A stretch of DNA of 64,000 nt, taken from NCBI GenBank assembly GCA_965116495.1, contig OZ220696.1, positions 4,032,001-4,096,000 of the forward strand, given 5' to 3'. Below the pieces are notes generated by a model, which worked only from the letters and a program-made list of their open reading frames with translations, was not told where the DNA came from and did no database searches. The stretch comes from Gammaproteobacteria bacterium. Its GTDB lineage: Bacteria; Pseudomonadota; Gammaproteobacteria; Eutrophobiales; Eutrophobiaceae. Shown piece after piece: positions 10,650 through 20,413 of the stretch. Both the position numbers and the translations under genes were made by a program. How positions within the stretch are numbered: the first letter of the stretch is position 1; each line of letters opens with the position of its first letter.

Positions 10650-11513
10650 ATGAGCTGGCTGGATAAATTACTTCCCTCGAGAATAAAAACCAACAGCACC
10701 AATCGCCGGTCTGTGCCGGAGGGTGTGTGGACGAAATGCGATAGCTGTAATGCGACGCTTTATCGCGCGGAACTGGCGCGTAACCTGGAAGTTTGTCCGA
10801 AATGCGGCCACCATATGCGTATCGGCGCCCGGGCCAGGCTGGACAGCTTTCTCAACCCGGACGAACGGGTCGAGATCGGTTCTCACATCAAACCGGTAGA
10901 CAAGTTAAGATTTCGCGACAGCAGGAAATACAAGGAAAGACTGACAAGCGCCCATAAGGAAACCGGTGAAAATGACGCCCTGGTAACGGTTATGGGCAAG
11001 GTAAAAACAGTATCCCTGGTTGCCGCTGCATTTGAATTTGAATTTATGGGCGGTTCCATGGGATCGGTCGTGGGAGAGCGGTTTGTGCGCGCCGTGGATA
11101 CCTGTATGGAACATGATGTTCCGCTGGTCTGTTTCTCCGCAAGTGGCGGCGCACGCATGCAGGAAGCCCTGATTTCGCTTTTCCAGATGGCAAAAACAAG
11201 CTCGGCCCTGGGTAAACTGCGCAATGCCGGTTTGCCTTATATCTCGGTTCTGACAAATCCTACAATGGGTGGTGTGTCAGCGAGCCTGGGCAGCCTGGGA
11301 GATATCAATATTGCAGAACCGGGCGCTTTGATAGGCTTTGCCGGCCCCCGCGTCATTGAACAAACCGTACGCCAGACCCTGCCTGAGGAATTTCAGAAAA
11401 GTGAGTTTTTACTGGAACACGGGAATATCGATATGATTTCGGACCGGCGTGAAATGCGGGACAAGATAGTATCATTATTATCCATCCTGTGTCATAAACC
11501 GCGCGTCGTTTAA
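10650..11513 (+). CDS. accD: Acetyl-CoA carboxylase carboxyltransferase beta subunit
   Basis: WTKCDSC..CPKC zinc finger, [20 protein letters not shown]. Confidence 0.98.
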   Translation: MSWLDKLLPSRIKTNSTNRRSVPEGVWTKCDSCNATLYRAELARNLEVCPKCGHHMRIGARARLDSFLNPDERVEIGSHIKPVDKLRFRDSRKYKERLTSAHKETGENDALVTVMGKVKTVSLVAAAFEFEFMGGSMGSVVGERFVRAVDTCMEHDVPLVCFSASGGARMQEALISLFQMAKTSSALGKLRNAGLPYISVLTNPTMGGVSASLGSLGDINIAEPGALIGFAGPRVIEQTVRQTLPEEFQKSEFLLEHGNIDMISDRREMRDKIVSLLSILCHKPRVV

Positions 11514-11518
11514 CGCCC

Positions 11519-12847
11519 ATGAGTTCAGTCCCGAAAGTACTGACCACGCCGATACAGGATCCCGCACCCAGGTTTTCTTACCTGGTAGACTGGCTGGCAT
11601 GGCAGGAAAGCCTGCATTTCACTGCCATAGAACTGGGTCTGGACCGCTGCAACAAGGTGGCTGAGAGAATGGGTCTGCTGCAACCGGACAGCAAGGTGAT
11701 CAGCATATCCGGCACTAACGGAAAAGGGTCCAGCGCGGCGATGCTGGATGCGATGTTGAGACAATCCGGTTACAGGGTCGGAGCATACACTTCACCACAC
11801 TTAACCAGGTACAACGAGCGGATTTGTATTGACGGCAGGCAGGTAACGGATGACCAGTTGTGCCATTCATTTAACCGCATTGACCAGGCGCGCGGAGATA
11901 TTTCCCTGACCTATTTCGAGTTCGGCACCCTGGCCGCCCTGGATATCTTCCAGCGTTCAGAGTTGGACATCATTATCCTGGAGGTCGGGCTGGGCGGCCG
12001 GCTGGATGCCGTCAATATACTGGATGCCGATATTGCCCTGGTAGTGACGATTGACCTGGACCACGAGAAATGGCTGGGTTATACCAGGGAAAGCATCGGC
12101 AGGGAAAAGGCGGGGATATTCAGACGCGACCGCCCGGCAGTCTGCTCGGACCTGGCCGCGCCGGACTCCATTTCAGCCTATGCACAGGAAGCAGGCGCGT
12201 TGCTGTACCAGGCGGGGCAGGACTTTACCTGTGCGATGGGTTCGGATACCTGGACCTGGAAGTGTACGGACAAGGTTTATGAAGGTCTACCCAAGCCCGG
12301 TGTCAATAATACCAGGCAGGTACAAAATGCCGCCGGTGTGCTGATGGCGCTGGAAACCATGGCCGGTGAATTTCCGGTCAGCCAGGAAACAATCAGGGCC
12401 TGTCTGCGGGATTTTCGACTTGCCGGCCGGTTTCAGGTTATCCCCGGGGAGATTCCCTGTATCCTGGACGTCGCGCATAATCGGCAGGCCGTTTCGGCAC
12501 TGGTCGAAAATGTAAGGAAAATTCCCTGTCACGGCGAAACACATATCGTGATAGGTATGCTCAAGGATAAAAATCATGCCGCCGTGTTCGAGGAGTTGGA
12601 GGAAATTGCCGACTGCTGGTATGTAGCTGAGTTGCAGGCGGATCGAGCGGCAAGCCTGACAGAATTAACCGGTGCCTTGGGAAAATATGAAGATGAGGCG
12701 AAAATCAAGCAGTTCCGGACTGTCAATGAAGCGCTGGCAGATGCCGAAGCCTGTTGTTATATCGGTGACAGGATCATTGTTACCGGGTCGTTCGTAACCG
12801 TCGGCACTGCAATTGATTACCTGAAGCGTAATTGGGGGCGGAATTAA
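11519..12847 (+). CDS. folC: Bifunctional folylpolyglutamate synthase/dihydrofolate synthase
   Basis: GTNGKGS, YTSPHL, LEVGLGGRLDAVN, LDVAHN. Confidence 0.97.
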   Translation: MSSVPKVLTTPIQDPAPRFSYLVDWLAWQESLHFTAIELGLDRCNKVAERMGLLQPDSKVISISGTNGKGSSAAMLDAMLRQSGYRVGAYTSPHLTRYNERICIDGRQVTDDQLCHSFNRIDQARGDISLTYFEFGTLAALDIFQRSELDIIILEVGLGGRLDAVNILDADIALVVTIDLDHEKWLGYTRESIGREKAGIFRRDRPAVCSDLAAPDSISAYAQEAGALLYQAGQDFTCAMGSDTWTWKCTDKVYEGLPKPGVNNTRQVQNAAGVLMALETMAGEFPVSQETIRACLRDFRLAGRFQVIPGEIPCILDVAHNRQAVSALVENVRKIPCHGETHIVIGMLKDKNHAAVFEELEEIADCWYVAELQADRAASLTELTGALGKYEDEAKIKQFRTVNEALADAEACCYIGDRIIVTGSFVTVGTAIDYLKRNWGRN

Positions 12848-12857
12848 TTCCGTCCCC
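12834..12857. repeat. Short GGGGAC-type palindromic repeat containing the folC stop codon
   Basis: GGGGGCGGAATTAATTCCGTCCCC; TAA 12845-12847 at palindrome centre. Confidence 0.8.
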
Positions 12858-12870
12858 TGTGGAACTGGAA

Positions 12871-13437
12871 ATGGAACAGAAATTAAAAGAAAGACTTACC
12901 GGAGCTGTCGTTCTGATTTTGCTGGCCGTGATCGTTGTCCCCCTGCTCCTGGATGATACCCGGCGAGTGGATACCAGGATCACGGCAACCAACATCCCGG
13001 AAAAACCGGATGACAAATTCACAACGCGGTTGGTGCCCATCCTGGAACAGGATGAAATCCTCCCGGGAGCAGATCTGGAGGAAGCTATTCCGGCCCCGGT
13101 CGATGCGAAAGACGCAACCATCGCCGAGGCGCCGGACCCGGATGAACCCACAGAAACTGCACCCGATGCAGGCGCTGAACCGACAAACAAGGATTTAACC
13201 GGTTGGGTTGTTCAGGTCGGCAGTCTTTCCAGGGCAAATGCCGATAAACTTAATGATCAACTGCGGCAAGCAGGGTATCGCTCATACGTTGTTGATGAGC
13301 CGGTAACAGCGAAAGACGGTTCCCTGTTGTACCGGGTAAGAATAGGGCCTGAGGTGCTACGTTCGGAAGCATTGAAATTGAAAGCGGAATTAAAGAAGGA
13401 AATGAAACTGGATGGTTTTGTATTGAACTATCCGTGA
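12871..13437 (+). CDS. dedD: SPOR-domain cell division protein DedD
   Basis: LKERLTGAVVL..VIVVPLLLD, C-terminal SPOR WVVQVGS..YRVRIGP; folC-dedD-cvpA-purF synteny. Confidence 0.88.
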   Translation: MEQKLKERLTGAVVLILLAVIVVPLLLDDTRRVDTRITATNIPEKPDDKFTTRLVPILEQDEILPGADLEEAIPAPVDAKDATIAEAPDPDEPTETAPDAGAEPTNKDLTGWVVQVGSLSRANADKLNDQLRQAGYRSYVVDEPVTAKDGSLLYRVRIGPEVLRSEALKLKAELKKEMKLDGFVLNYP

Positions 13438-13444
13438 CCTGATC

Positions 13445-13951
13445 GTGGAAGGCGTAGACATAGGCATTCTGGTAATTCTGTTCCTGCCTGCAATCATGGG
13501 ATTGCTGTACGGCTTATTACATCTCCTGTTTTCGATTGCCGCATGGATAATGGCCGCCGTGACGGCGACTAAACTCAGCGGGTTATTTTCTCCCCTGTTG
13601 GCTGATCATATGGAACCGGTACTCAGGAATGTCATCGCATTTGCCGGCGTCTTTGTTATCAGCCTGGTAATCTTTACGGCGTTGGGATATTTCATTGTAA
13701 AGTTACTCGGCAGGACAGGGTTGACCGCCGTTGACAGGTTTCTGGGTTTTTTCTTTGGGATTGGGCTGGGCGGCGCGACAATTACCATCCTCGTATTCCT
13801 GGCCGGCTTTACGGTAATATCTAAACATGAATGGTGGCATGAGGCGGTGCTGATTGAACCGTTCCAGCGTGCCTGCGTGTGGGGGCAGCGCTTTCTTTCG
13901 GAAGACATCGCTGTTTATCATCGATATGAACTTTCTCCGTCAGCAGAATAA
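13445..13951 (+). CDS. cvpA: CvpA family membrane protein
   Basis: DIGILVIL, GLTAVDRFLGFFFG; upstream of purF. Confidence 0.9.
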   Translation: MEGVDIGILVILFLPAIMGLLYGLLHLLFSIAAWIMAAVTATKLSGLFSPLLADHMEPVLRNVIAFAGVFVISLVIFTALGYFIVKLLGRTGLTAVDRFLGFFFGIGLGGATITILVFLAGFTVISKHEWWHEAVLIEPFQRACVWGQRFLSEDIAVYHRYELSPSAE

Positions 13952-13979
13952 AGAGGGCCGGGGACCAGGGCGGACATCA

Positions 13980-14055
13980 GGGGACAGCCCCCTGCTTACA
14001 ACCCTGCCTCGAGGGCCAGGGCAGGCATGCAGGGACATGCTTACAATCTGTCCCC
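13980..14055 (+). repeat. Long (76 bp) GGGGAC-type repeat
   Basis: GGGGACAGCCCCCTGCTTACAACCCTGCCTCGAGGGCCAGGGCAGGCATGCAGGGACATGCTTACAATCTGTCCCC; near-identical to 17431-17505. Confidence 0.92.
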
Positions 14056-14089
14056 GGCAGTTTGTCCCAGCTAGCTTACAGTAGAGAAA

Positions 14090-15607
14090 ATGTGTGGCAT
14101 TATCGGAATTGTTGCAAAATCAAATGTCAACCAGGCGCTGTTCGACGGCCTGACGATCCTGCAGCACAGGGGGCAGGATGCAGCCGGTATAGTTACCTGC
14201 GATAATGCCCGGCTTTATCTCTGTAAAAACAACGGCCTTGTCAGGGATGTCTTCAATTCCAGCCAGATGTTGAACCTCAAGGGCAACATGGGCATCGGGC
14301 ATATCCGCTATCCCACTGCGGGCTGTTCATCTTCCTCCGAGGCGCAGCCATTTTATGTCAATTCTCCCTACGGGATTGCCCTTGCTCATAACGGCAATCT
14401 CACCAACAGCGAAGAACTGAAACGGGATCTCATAATGGATGAGTTAAGGCACATCAATACGGAATCGGATTCCGAGGTGTTGCTGAATATCCTGGCCTTC
14501 GAATTGCAGCACATCGGCAAACTGAAAAAGGACCTGACGCCGCATGATATTTTTTCGGCCGTACGCAGGCTGCACACGCGTTGTCGCGGCGGGTATTCTG
14601 CCGTTGCGCTGATTTCCGGCGTGGGTGTTCTTGCCTTCCGCGACCAGTTCGGCATTCGCCCGATTATCTTCGGCGAGCGCACCACCGACAGGGGCAAGGA
14701 ATTTGTTGTTGCCTCTGAAAGTGTGGCCATGGACGCCCTGGATTTCAGCGTGCTGCGTGATATAAGTCCGGGCGAGGCTATATTCATCAGTGAACAGGGT
14801 GAGTTATTTTCAGACCAATGTACGGAACACCCACAACATACGCCTTGTATCTTTGAATATGTGTACCTGGCCAGGCCGGATTCCGTCATCGACAACATCT
14901 CCGTATATAAAACCCGTCTGCGCATGGGTGAGGCCCTTGCCGCGAAGATATTAAGGCTGCGGCCGGACCATGATATCGACGTAGTGATCCCCATCCCGGA
15001 TACGGGCCGCACCGCTGCGCTGCCCCTGGCCTATGAACTGGGCGTTAAATACCGCGAAGGATTTATCAAGAACAGGTATATCCCGCGCACGTTTATCATG
15101 CCCGGTCAGAGCATCAGGAAAAAGTCCGTAAGGCAGAAACTGAACGCGATAGGACTGGAGTTCCGGGGCAAGAATGTGCTGCTGGTGGATGATTCCATCG
15201 TACGCGGCACGACGTCCAGGGAAATCGTGCAAATGGCCCGGGATGCGGGCGCGGCAAAAGTATATTTTGCCTCAGCCGCGCCGCCGGTGCTGTATCCCAA
15301 CGTTTACGGCATTGATATACCGACCCCTGATGAGCTGGTTGCCTATGGCCGGACTGAAGAAGAAGTGTGCGCGTCAATCGGCGCTGACTGGCTGATCTAC
15401 CAGGAAGTGGAAGACCTGGTGGAAGCGGCAAGAGAAGGGAACCCCGGCATCAACCGCTTCGAGATGTCGGTCTTCACCGGTGAATACGTAACCGGAGACG
15501 TGAGCGAAGACTACCTGGCGCAACTGTCGGTCGAGCGTAGTGATTCAGCCAAACAGTCGCGCTCCCTGGTGGATGACGTGCTCAACGACCTGTCGAATAT
15601 GACCTGA
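14090..15607 (+). CDS. purF: Amidophosphoribosyltransferase
   Basis: MCGIIG, LQHRGQDAAG, VLLVDDSIVRGTTS. Confidence 0.98.
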   Translation: MCGIIGIVAKSNVNQALFDGLTILQHRGQDAAGIVTCDNARLYLCKNNGLVRDVFNSSQMLNLKGNMGIGHIRYPTAGCSSSSEAQPFYVNSPYGIALAHNGNLTNSEELKRDLIMDELRHINTESDSEVLLNILAFELQHIGKLKKDLTPHDIFSAVRRLHTRCRGGYSAVALISGVGVLAFRDQFGIRPIIFGERTTDRGKEFVVASESVAMDALDFSVLRDISPGEAIFISEQGELFSDQCTEHPQHTPCIFEYVYLARPDSVIDNISVYKTRLRMGEALAAKILRLRPDHDIDVVIPIPDTGRTAALPLAYELGVKYREGFIKNRYIPRTFIMPGQSIRKKSVRQKLNAIGLEFRGKNVLLVDDSIVRGTTSREIVQMARDAGAAKVYFASAAPPVLYPNVYGIDIPTPDELVAYGRTEEEVCASIGADWLIYQEVEDLVEAAREGNPGINRFEMSVFTGEYVTGDVSEDYLAQLSVERSDSAKQSRSLVDDVLNDLSNMT

Positions 15608-15610
15608 CCG

Positions 15611-16078
15611 CTATTCCTTGTTTTCCTGGTCCGGGCCGGCAGAACCCGTCGACTTGAAAAAGCTGTTCTGCAGTTGCCGCCATGCCTCCATGTTTTGCTC
15701 GGTGATCTCACTCATTGTTGCGGCAAAAGGATTGCTGCTGACCGCCTGCTGAAAGTTTTTCTGCATGTTCTGTTGTTGCGCAGCAAACATTTCCAGGCTC
15801 TTTTGCAGGTAGTCGCTGAATGCGGACTGGTAGGCGTTGCCGTAAAAACGGATGAGCTGAGTCAGCATCGGTGTATTGAATATGGGTTTCCCCTCGTGTT
15901 CCTGTTCCGCGATGATCTGCAACAAGACGTTGCGCGTCAGGTCTTCCTCAGTCTTGACGTCCGTAATACGAAATTCGACTCCGTCCAGTACCAGCTTCCT
16001 GACGTCATCGAGCGTGATGTATTTGCTGATCTCGGTATCGTAGAGTCGGCGGTTCGGGTATTTTTTTATGATTCGCAT
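15611..16078 (-). CDS. phaR: Polyhydroxyalkanoate synthesis repressor PhaR
   Basis: MRIIKKYPNRRLYDTEISKYITL..EDLTRNVLLQII..LTQLIRFYG; start taken at ATG 16078. Confidence 0.93.
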   Translation of the reverse strand: MRIIKKYPNRRLYDTEISKYITLDDVRKLVLDGVEFRITDVKTEEDLTRNVLLQIIAEQEHEGKPIFNTPMLTQLIRFYGNAYQSAFSDYLQKSLEMFAAQQQNMQKNFQQAVSSNPFAATMSEITEQNMEAWRQLQNSFFKSTGSAGPDQENKE

Positions 16079-16095
16079 AGCGGTTAAACACTCGG

Positions 16096-17277
16096 TTATC
16101 TTTCCACAGCCAGGGCGACCCCCTGGCCGCCGCCAATGCACAACGTGGCCAGGCCCTTGTGTGCGTCCCGGCGCTGCATGGCATGGAGGAGGGTGACCAG
16201 GACCCGGCAACCCGAAGCTCCGATGGGGTGTCCCAGCGCTATAGCGCCGCCGTTGACATTCACTTTCTCCTGATCCCAGCCCAGTTCGCTGTTCACAGAA
16301 ATGGCCTGTGCCGCAAAGGCCTCGTTGGCTTCAACCAGGTCAAGTTCATCGACGCTCCAGCCCGCCTTGTCCAGGCAGCGTTGTGTTGCCGGAATCGGCC
16401 CGGTCCCCATGATCGCCGGGTCAACGCCGGCGCTGGAGTAAGCCCTGATGCCGGCCATTACCGGCAGGCCCAGTTCGTCGGCTTTTTGACGGCTCATGAC
16501 AACCACCGCCGCGGCGCCGTCGTTGATGCCGGAGGCATTGGCCGCGGTGACAGTCCCTTCGCGGCTAAAAGCAGGGCGCAACCTTCCAATTTTTTCCGCA
16601 GTCACCCCCTGTTTAGGGTACTCGTCGTCAGCGAATATGACAGGGTCGGCCTTGCGTTGCGGGATGCTTATGGGAACTATTTCTTCCCTGAATACGCCGC
16701 CTGCCTGGGCTTGTTCCGTTTTTTGCTGGGACAGCGCAGCGAACCGGTCCTGTTCCTCCCGCGATATCCCGAACTTTTCCACGATATTCTCAGCGGTCAT
16801 GCCCATGTGGTAATCATTAAATGCATCCCACAGACCGTCGCTGATCATGGAGTCCAACATCTTCCAGTCGCCCATCTTGGTGCCGGACCGGGATTTGGGC
16901 AACACGTGCGGCGCCCGACTCATGTTTTCCTGCCCCCCGGCTATGATGACTTCAGCATCACCACACTTTATTGCCTGTGCTGCCAGGTGAACGGCTTTCA
17001 GGCCGCTGCCGCAGACCTTGTTAATCGTCATGGCCGGTACCGAATGTGGCAGGCCGGCTTCAATGGCAGCCTGGCGCGCCGGGTTCTGGCCTTCACCGGC
17101 AGTCAGCACCTGTCCCAGGATAACCTCGTCGATCCGGTTGGGATCAAGGCCGGTTTTATCCAGTAATGATTTGATTACCGCGGCACCCAGGGAATGGGCC
17201 GGGATATTCGCAAGGGTGCCGCTGAAAGAACCGATTGGGGTCCGCCCTGCAGCGACGATGACTATTTCGTCGGTCAT
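16096..17277 (-). CDS. phaA: Acetyl-CoA C-acetyltransferase (beta-ketothiolase)
   Basis: [30 protein letters not shown]; upstream of phaR. Confidence 0.92.
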   Translation of the reverse strand: MTDEIVIVAAGRTPIGSFSGTLANIPAHSLGAAVIKSLLDKTGLDPNRIDEVILGQVLTAGEGQNPARQAAIEAGLPHSVPAMTINKVCGSGLKAVHLAAQAIKCGDAEVIIAGGQENMSRAPHVLPKSRSGTKMGDWKMLDSMISDGLWDAFNDYHMGMTAENIVEKFGISREEQDRFAALSQQKTEQAQAGGVFREEIVPISIPQRKADPVIFADDEYPKQGVTAEKIGRLRPAFSREGTVTAANASGINDGAAAVVVMSRQKADELGLPVMAGIRAYSSAGVDPAIMGTGPIPATQRCLDKAGWSVDELDLVEANEAFAAQAISVNSELGWDQEKVNVNGGAIALGHPIGASGCRVLVTLLHAMQRRDAHKGLATLCIGGGQGVALAVER

Positions 17278-17345
17278 GGAATTACTACCTCTAAATCATG
17301 AATCTTCATGTTGGTATCGTGAATTATCATTCTAAACCATCTGGT

Positions 17346-17357
17346 TGCACTGCACAA
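17346..17357. promoter_or_regulatory. Candidate PhaR operator TGCACTGCACAA
   Basis: TGC-N3-GCA-type box about 70 bp upstream of the phaA-phaR start. Confidence 0.55.
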
Positions 17358-17430
17358 AACGACCTTGCATCCTAACAAATACGTATTAAGGATACCAGTA
17401 CCAATCGTAACAACGGCTTGCGGCTTCGGC

Positions 17431-17505
17431 GGGGACAGACCCCTGCTTACAACCCTGCCTCGGGGGCCAGGGCAGGCATGCAGGGGCATGCTTAAATCTG
17501 TCCCC
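17431..17505 (+). repeat. Long (75 bp) GGGGAC-type repeat
   Basis: GGGGACAGACCCCTGCTTACAACCCTGCCTCGGGGGCCAGGGCAGGCATGCAGGGGCATGCTTAAATCTGTCCCC. Confidence 0.92.
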
Positions 17506-17517
17506 TGTGTTGTTCAG

Positions 17518-18942
17518 TCAGATGTGCAGCGCCCGCTTATTACTTGCCAGGGCTGCCTCATGCATGGCTTCGGCGAGGGTCGGGTGTGCGTGAATGGTGC
17601 GGGCAATATCTTCGGAACTGCCGTCGAATTCCATGGCAAGAACGGCCTCGGCTATCAGTTCGGAAGCGTTCGGCCCCAGTACGTGGACACCGAGGATCTG
17701 GTCGGTGTCGGCATCACTGATCATTTTTACCATACCGCCGTTATCGCCCGCAGCCAGCGCGCGGCCGCTTGCCGCCAGTGGAAATACGCCCGTTTTACAG
17801 GGTTGCCCGGCTTCTATTAATTCGAACTCGGTCTTTCCGACCCAGGCGATTTCCGGCCAGGTGTAGATTACCCAGGGGACCAGGTCCAGGTTGAAACCGC
17901 TTTTTTGCCCGGCAAGACGTTCGGCGACCATCACGCCTTCTTCAGCGGCCTTGTGGGCCAGCATCGGGCCGCGCACCACGTCGCCGATTGCATAAACATT
18001 CGGCAGATTTGTGGCGCAATGTTCATCAACTACGATGCCGCCATTTTCATTCAGGGCCAGACCCGCTTCTTCAGCCCCAAGCCCCGCTACATTGGGAGAG
18101 CGTCCGACAGCTACTATCAGTTTGTCAAAAGTCAACCGCTGTTTGTCATTGCCCTGCTCATAAGAGACACTGACCTCCCGGTTGTTGGCACTGGAACCCA
18201 TGACCCTGGCGCCAAGGCGGATATCCAGTCCCTGGTTCGTCAGCATCTTTTCAGCTGCGGACGCAATCTGCCGGTCCACGGGTGCCAGAAAGTCATCCAG
18301 TGCCTCCAGTATGACGACCTGTGATCCCAACCTGCTCCATACGCTGCCCAGTTCCAGCCCGATTACCCCCGCGCCGATCACGCCCAGTCTCTTCGGCACT
18401 TCCTTGAAGGCGAGCGCACCGGTGGAATCGACAATCCTGTTCTGGTCTACCGTGGCCAAAGAAAATCCGGCCGGAACGGAACCGGTAGCGATAATGATGT
18501 TCCGGGCAGATACCGTGTATTCCTCGCCGGGCTGCTTACCTGCCGGTGCTACCTGCACCTCATTTTTTCCCAGGAGTGTCGCGCGGCCCTGGAGCCAGTC
18601 TATGTTGTTCTTTTTGAACAGACCGGCGATCCCCCGGGTCAGTTTCTGCACGATCCTGTTTTTCCTGGTAATCATTTTATGGACGTCAAGTTTTACGCCG
18701 CTGATATTGATGCCGTGGTTGGACGCCTGCTTGTTGATGAAGGCGTAATGGTGCGAGGAATCCAGCAGGGCCTTGGACGGAATGCAGCCTGTATTCAGGC
18801 AGGTTCCGCCCAGGACAGGATTGTCGCCATCGCCCAGCCCGTTATCCGCGCAGGCGGTGGAAAGTCCCAGTTGCGCACAGCGGATCGCACTGATGTAACC
18901 GCCGGGACCGGCGCCAATCACTACCACGTCATAACTTTTCAT
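17518..18942 (-). CDS. lpdA: Dihydrolipoyl dehydrogenase (E3)
   Basis: GAGPGGY, GGTCLNTGCIPSK, HAHPTLAE. Confidence 0.97.
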   Translation of the reverse strand: MKSYDVVVIGAGPGGYISAIRCAQLGLSTACADNGLGDGDNPVLGGTCLNTGCIPSKALLDSSHHYAFINKQASNHGINISGVKLDVHKMITRKNRIVQKLTRGIAGLFKKNNIDWLQGRATLLGKNEVQVAPAGKQPGEEYTVSARNIIIATGSVPAGFSLATVDQNRIVDSTGALAFKEVPKRLGVIGAGVIGLELGSVWSRLGSQVVILEALDDFLAPVDRQIASAAEKMLTNQGLDIRLGARVMGSSANNREVSVSYEQGNDKQRLTFDKLIVAVGRSPNVAGLGAEEAGLALNENGGIVVDEHCATNLPNVYAIGDVVRGPMLAHKAAEEGVMVAERLAGQKSGFNLDLVPWVIYTWPEIAWVGKTEFELIEAGQPCKTGVFPLAASGRALAAGDNGGMVKMISDADTDQILGVHVLGPNASELIAEAVLAMEFDGSSEDIARTIHAHPTLAEAMHEAALASNKRALHI

Positions 18943-18949
18943 GTCCGGG

Positions 18950-20380
18950 TCAGATTTGTAACAGCAGGCGTGACGGGTCTTCCAGTGCCTCTCTCAGCGC
19001 CACCAGGAAAGAGACTGCCTCGCGCCCGTCGATAATGCGATGATCGTAGGACAAGGCCAGGTACATCATGGGCCGGACCACGACTGCGCCGTCCTCCGCA
19101 ATCGGACGTTCCTCGATCTTGTGCATGCCCAGGATAGCGCTTTGTGGCGGGTTGATGATGGGTGTGGATAACAGGGATCCGAATACGCCACCGTTGGTTA
19201 TTGTAAAAGTCCCGCCGGTCAACTCTTCTATAGTGAGTTTTGCGTCACGGGCTTTGCGCCCGTATTCGCCTATGGTCTTCTCTATTTCGGCAAAGCTGAG
19301 TTTGTCAGCCGCGCGTATTACCGGTACGACCAGCCCGCGCGGGGAACTGACGGCAATGCCTATATCGTAATAGTTGTGATAGATAATATCATTGCCGTCC
19401 ACCGAGGCGTTGACGACCGGAATTTTTTTCAGGGCTTCAACTGCCGCCTTGGTAAAGAACGACATGAACCCCAGTTTAACCTCGTAGGTTTTCTCAAAAC
19501 TGTCCTTGTAACGGCTACGCAAGTCCATGACCGGTTTCATGTTCACTTCGTTGAACGTAGTCAGTATCGCATTTTCCCGCTGCGCCGCCAGCAGGCGTTG
19601 CGCCGCCCGCCTGCGCAGACGACTCATGGGAACACGGTTTTCAGCCCCGTCAGGACTTTCCCCGTCTTTCGTTTTACCGTTGCTGTCCCTGTCCACCTGC
19701 GCACGAGCCTCCTGCGCCTTCCCTGGCGGGACTTCTGCCACCGGTACCGGCTTATTGTCGTCCTGGCCTGTTTTTCCGCGATTTCCGTTATCTGCGACCA
19801 GGGTGCCGGCTTCGGATACCGGTTTCCCGGTTTGCGTGTCCTTTGCAGTAGTCTCCGTTTTCGCCAGGTAAGCCAGCACCTGTTTTTTTGTCAGTCTGTC
19901 GCCGCTTGCCGGAATATCCCGGGCATCCAGACCATGTTCGGCCAGCAGGTTCCTGACGGCAGGGCTTAGTTTGGGTTTCTGCCCGGAAAGTGGCGGCTGT
20001 GAACTTGTCTCGTCTGCAGGTTCCGGTCCGGGTTCTGCCGCCGCTGTCACGCTGTCCGCCCCATCAGCAGGGTTCAGTGCAGCTTCAGGTTCCGGCGCTT
20101 CAGCATCCGTGCTATCCGCCGGTTCTGTGACGGATGCCTGTGCCTCGGTATCGATCTGTGCGATTAACTCGTTACTCTCCACATCTTCGCCGCTGTTTTT
20201 AAGGATGCTGGCGAGCATCCCGTCTTCCGGTGCGACCACTTCCAGGGTGACTTTATCCGTTTCCACGTCAATCAGGACATCACCAAACTTCACCGCGTCT
20301 CCGGGCTGTTTATGCCAGTCCATTAATGTGGCCTCCGCAACCGATTCGGCCAGTACCGGGACTCTTACTTCAACTAACAC
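18950..20380 (-). CDS. sucB: 2-oxoglutarate dehydrogenase E2 (dihydrolipoyl succinyltransferase)
   Basis: Lipoyl motif [20 protein letters not shown]; long linkers. Confidence 0.97.
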   Translation of the reverse strand: MLVEVRVPVLAESVAEATLMDWHKQPGDAVKFGDVLIDVETDKVTLEVVAPEDGMLASILKNSGEDVESNELIAQIDTEAQASVTEPADSTDAEAPEPEAALNPADGADSVTAAAEPGPEPADETSSQPPLSGQKPKLSPAVRNLLAEHGLDARDIPASGDRLTKKQVLAYLAKTETTAKDTQTGKPVSEAGTLVADNGNRGKTGQDDNKPVPVAEVPPGKAQEARAQVDRDSNGKTKDGESPDGAENRVPMSRLRRRAAQRLLAAQRENAILTTFNEVNMKPVMDLRSRYKDSFEKTYEVKLGFMSFFTKAAVEALKKIPVVNASVDGNDIIYHNYYDIGIAVSSPRGLVVPVIRAADKLSFAEIEKTIGEYGRKARDAKLTIEELTGGTFTITNGGVFGSLLSTPIINPPQSAILGMHKIEERPIAEDGAVVVRPMMYLALSYDHRIIDGREAVSFLVALREALEDPSRLLLQI

Positions 20381-20413
20381 ATCTTTCTCCTGTTATTACC
20401 GGGATATTTCCGC

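Noticed and set aside
15611-16210. 199-aa extended PhaR
   Set aside because: Extension overlaps the thiolase 3' end; family homology starts at MRIIKKY (16078).
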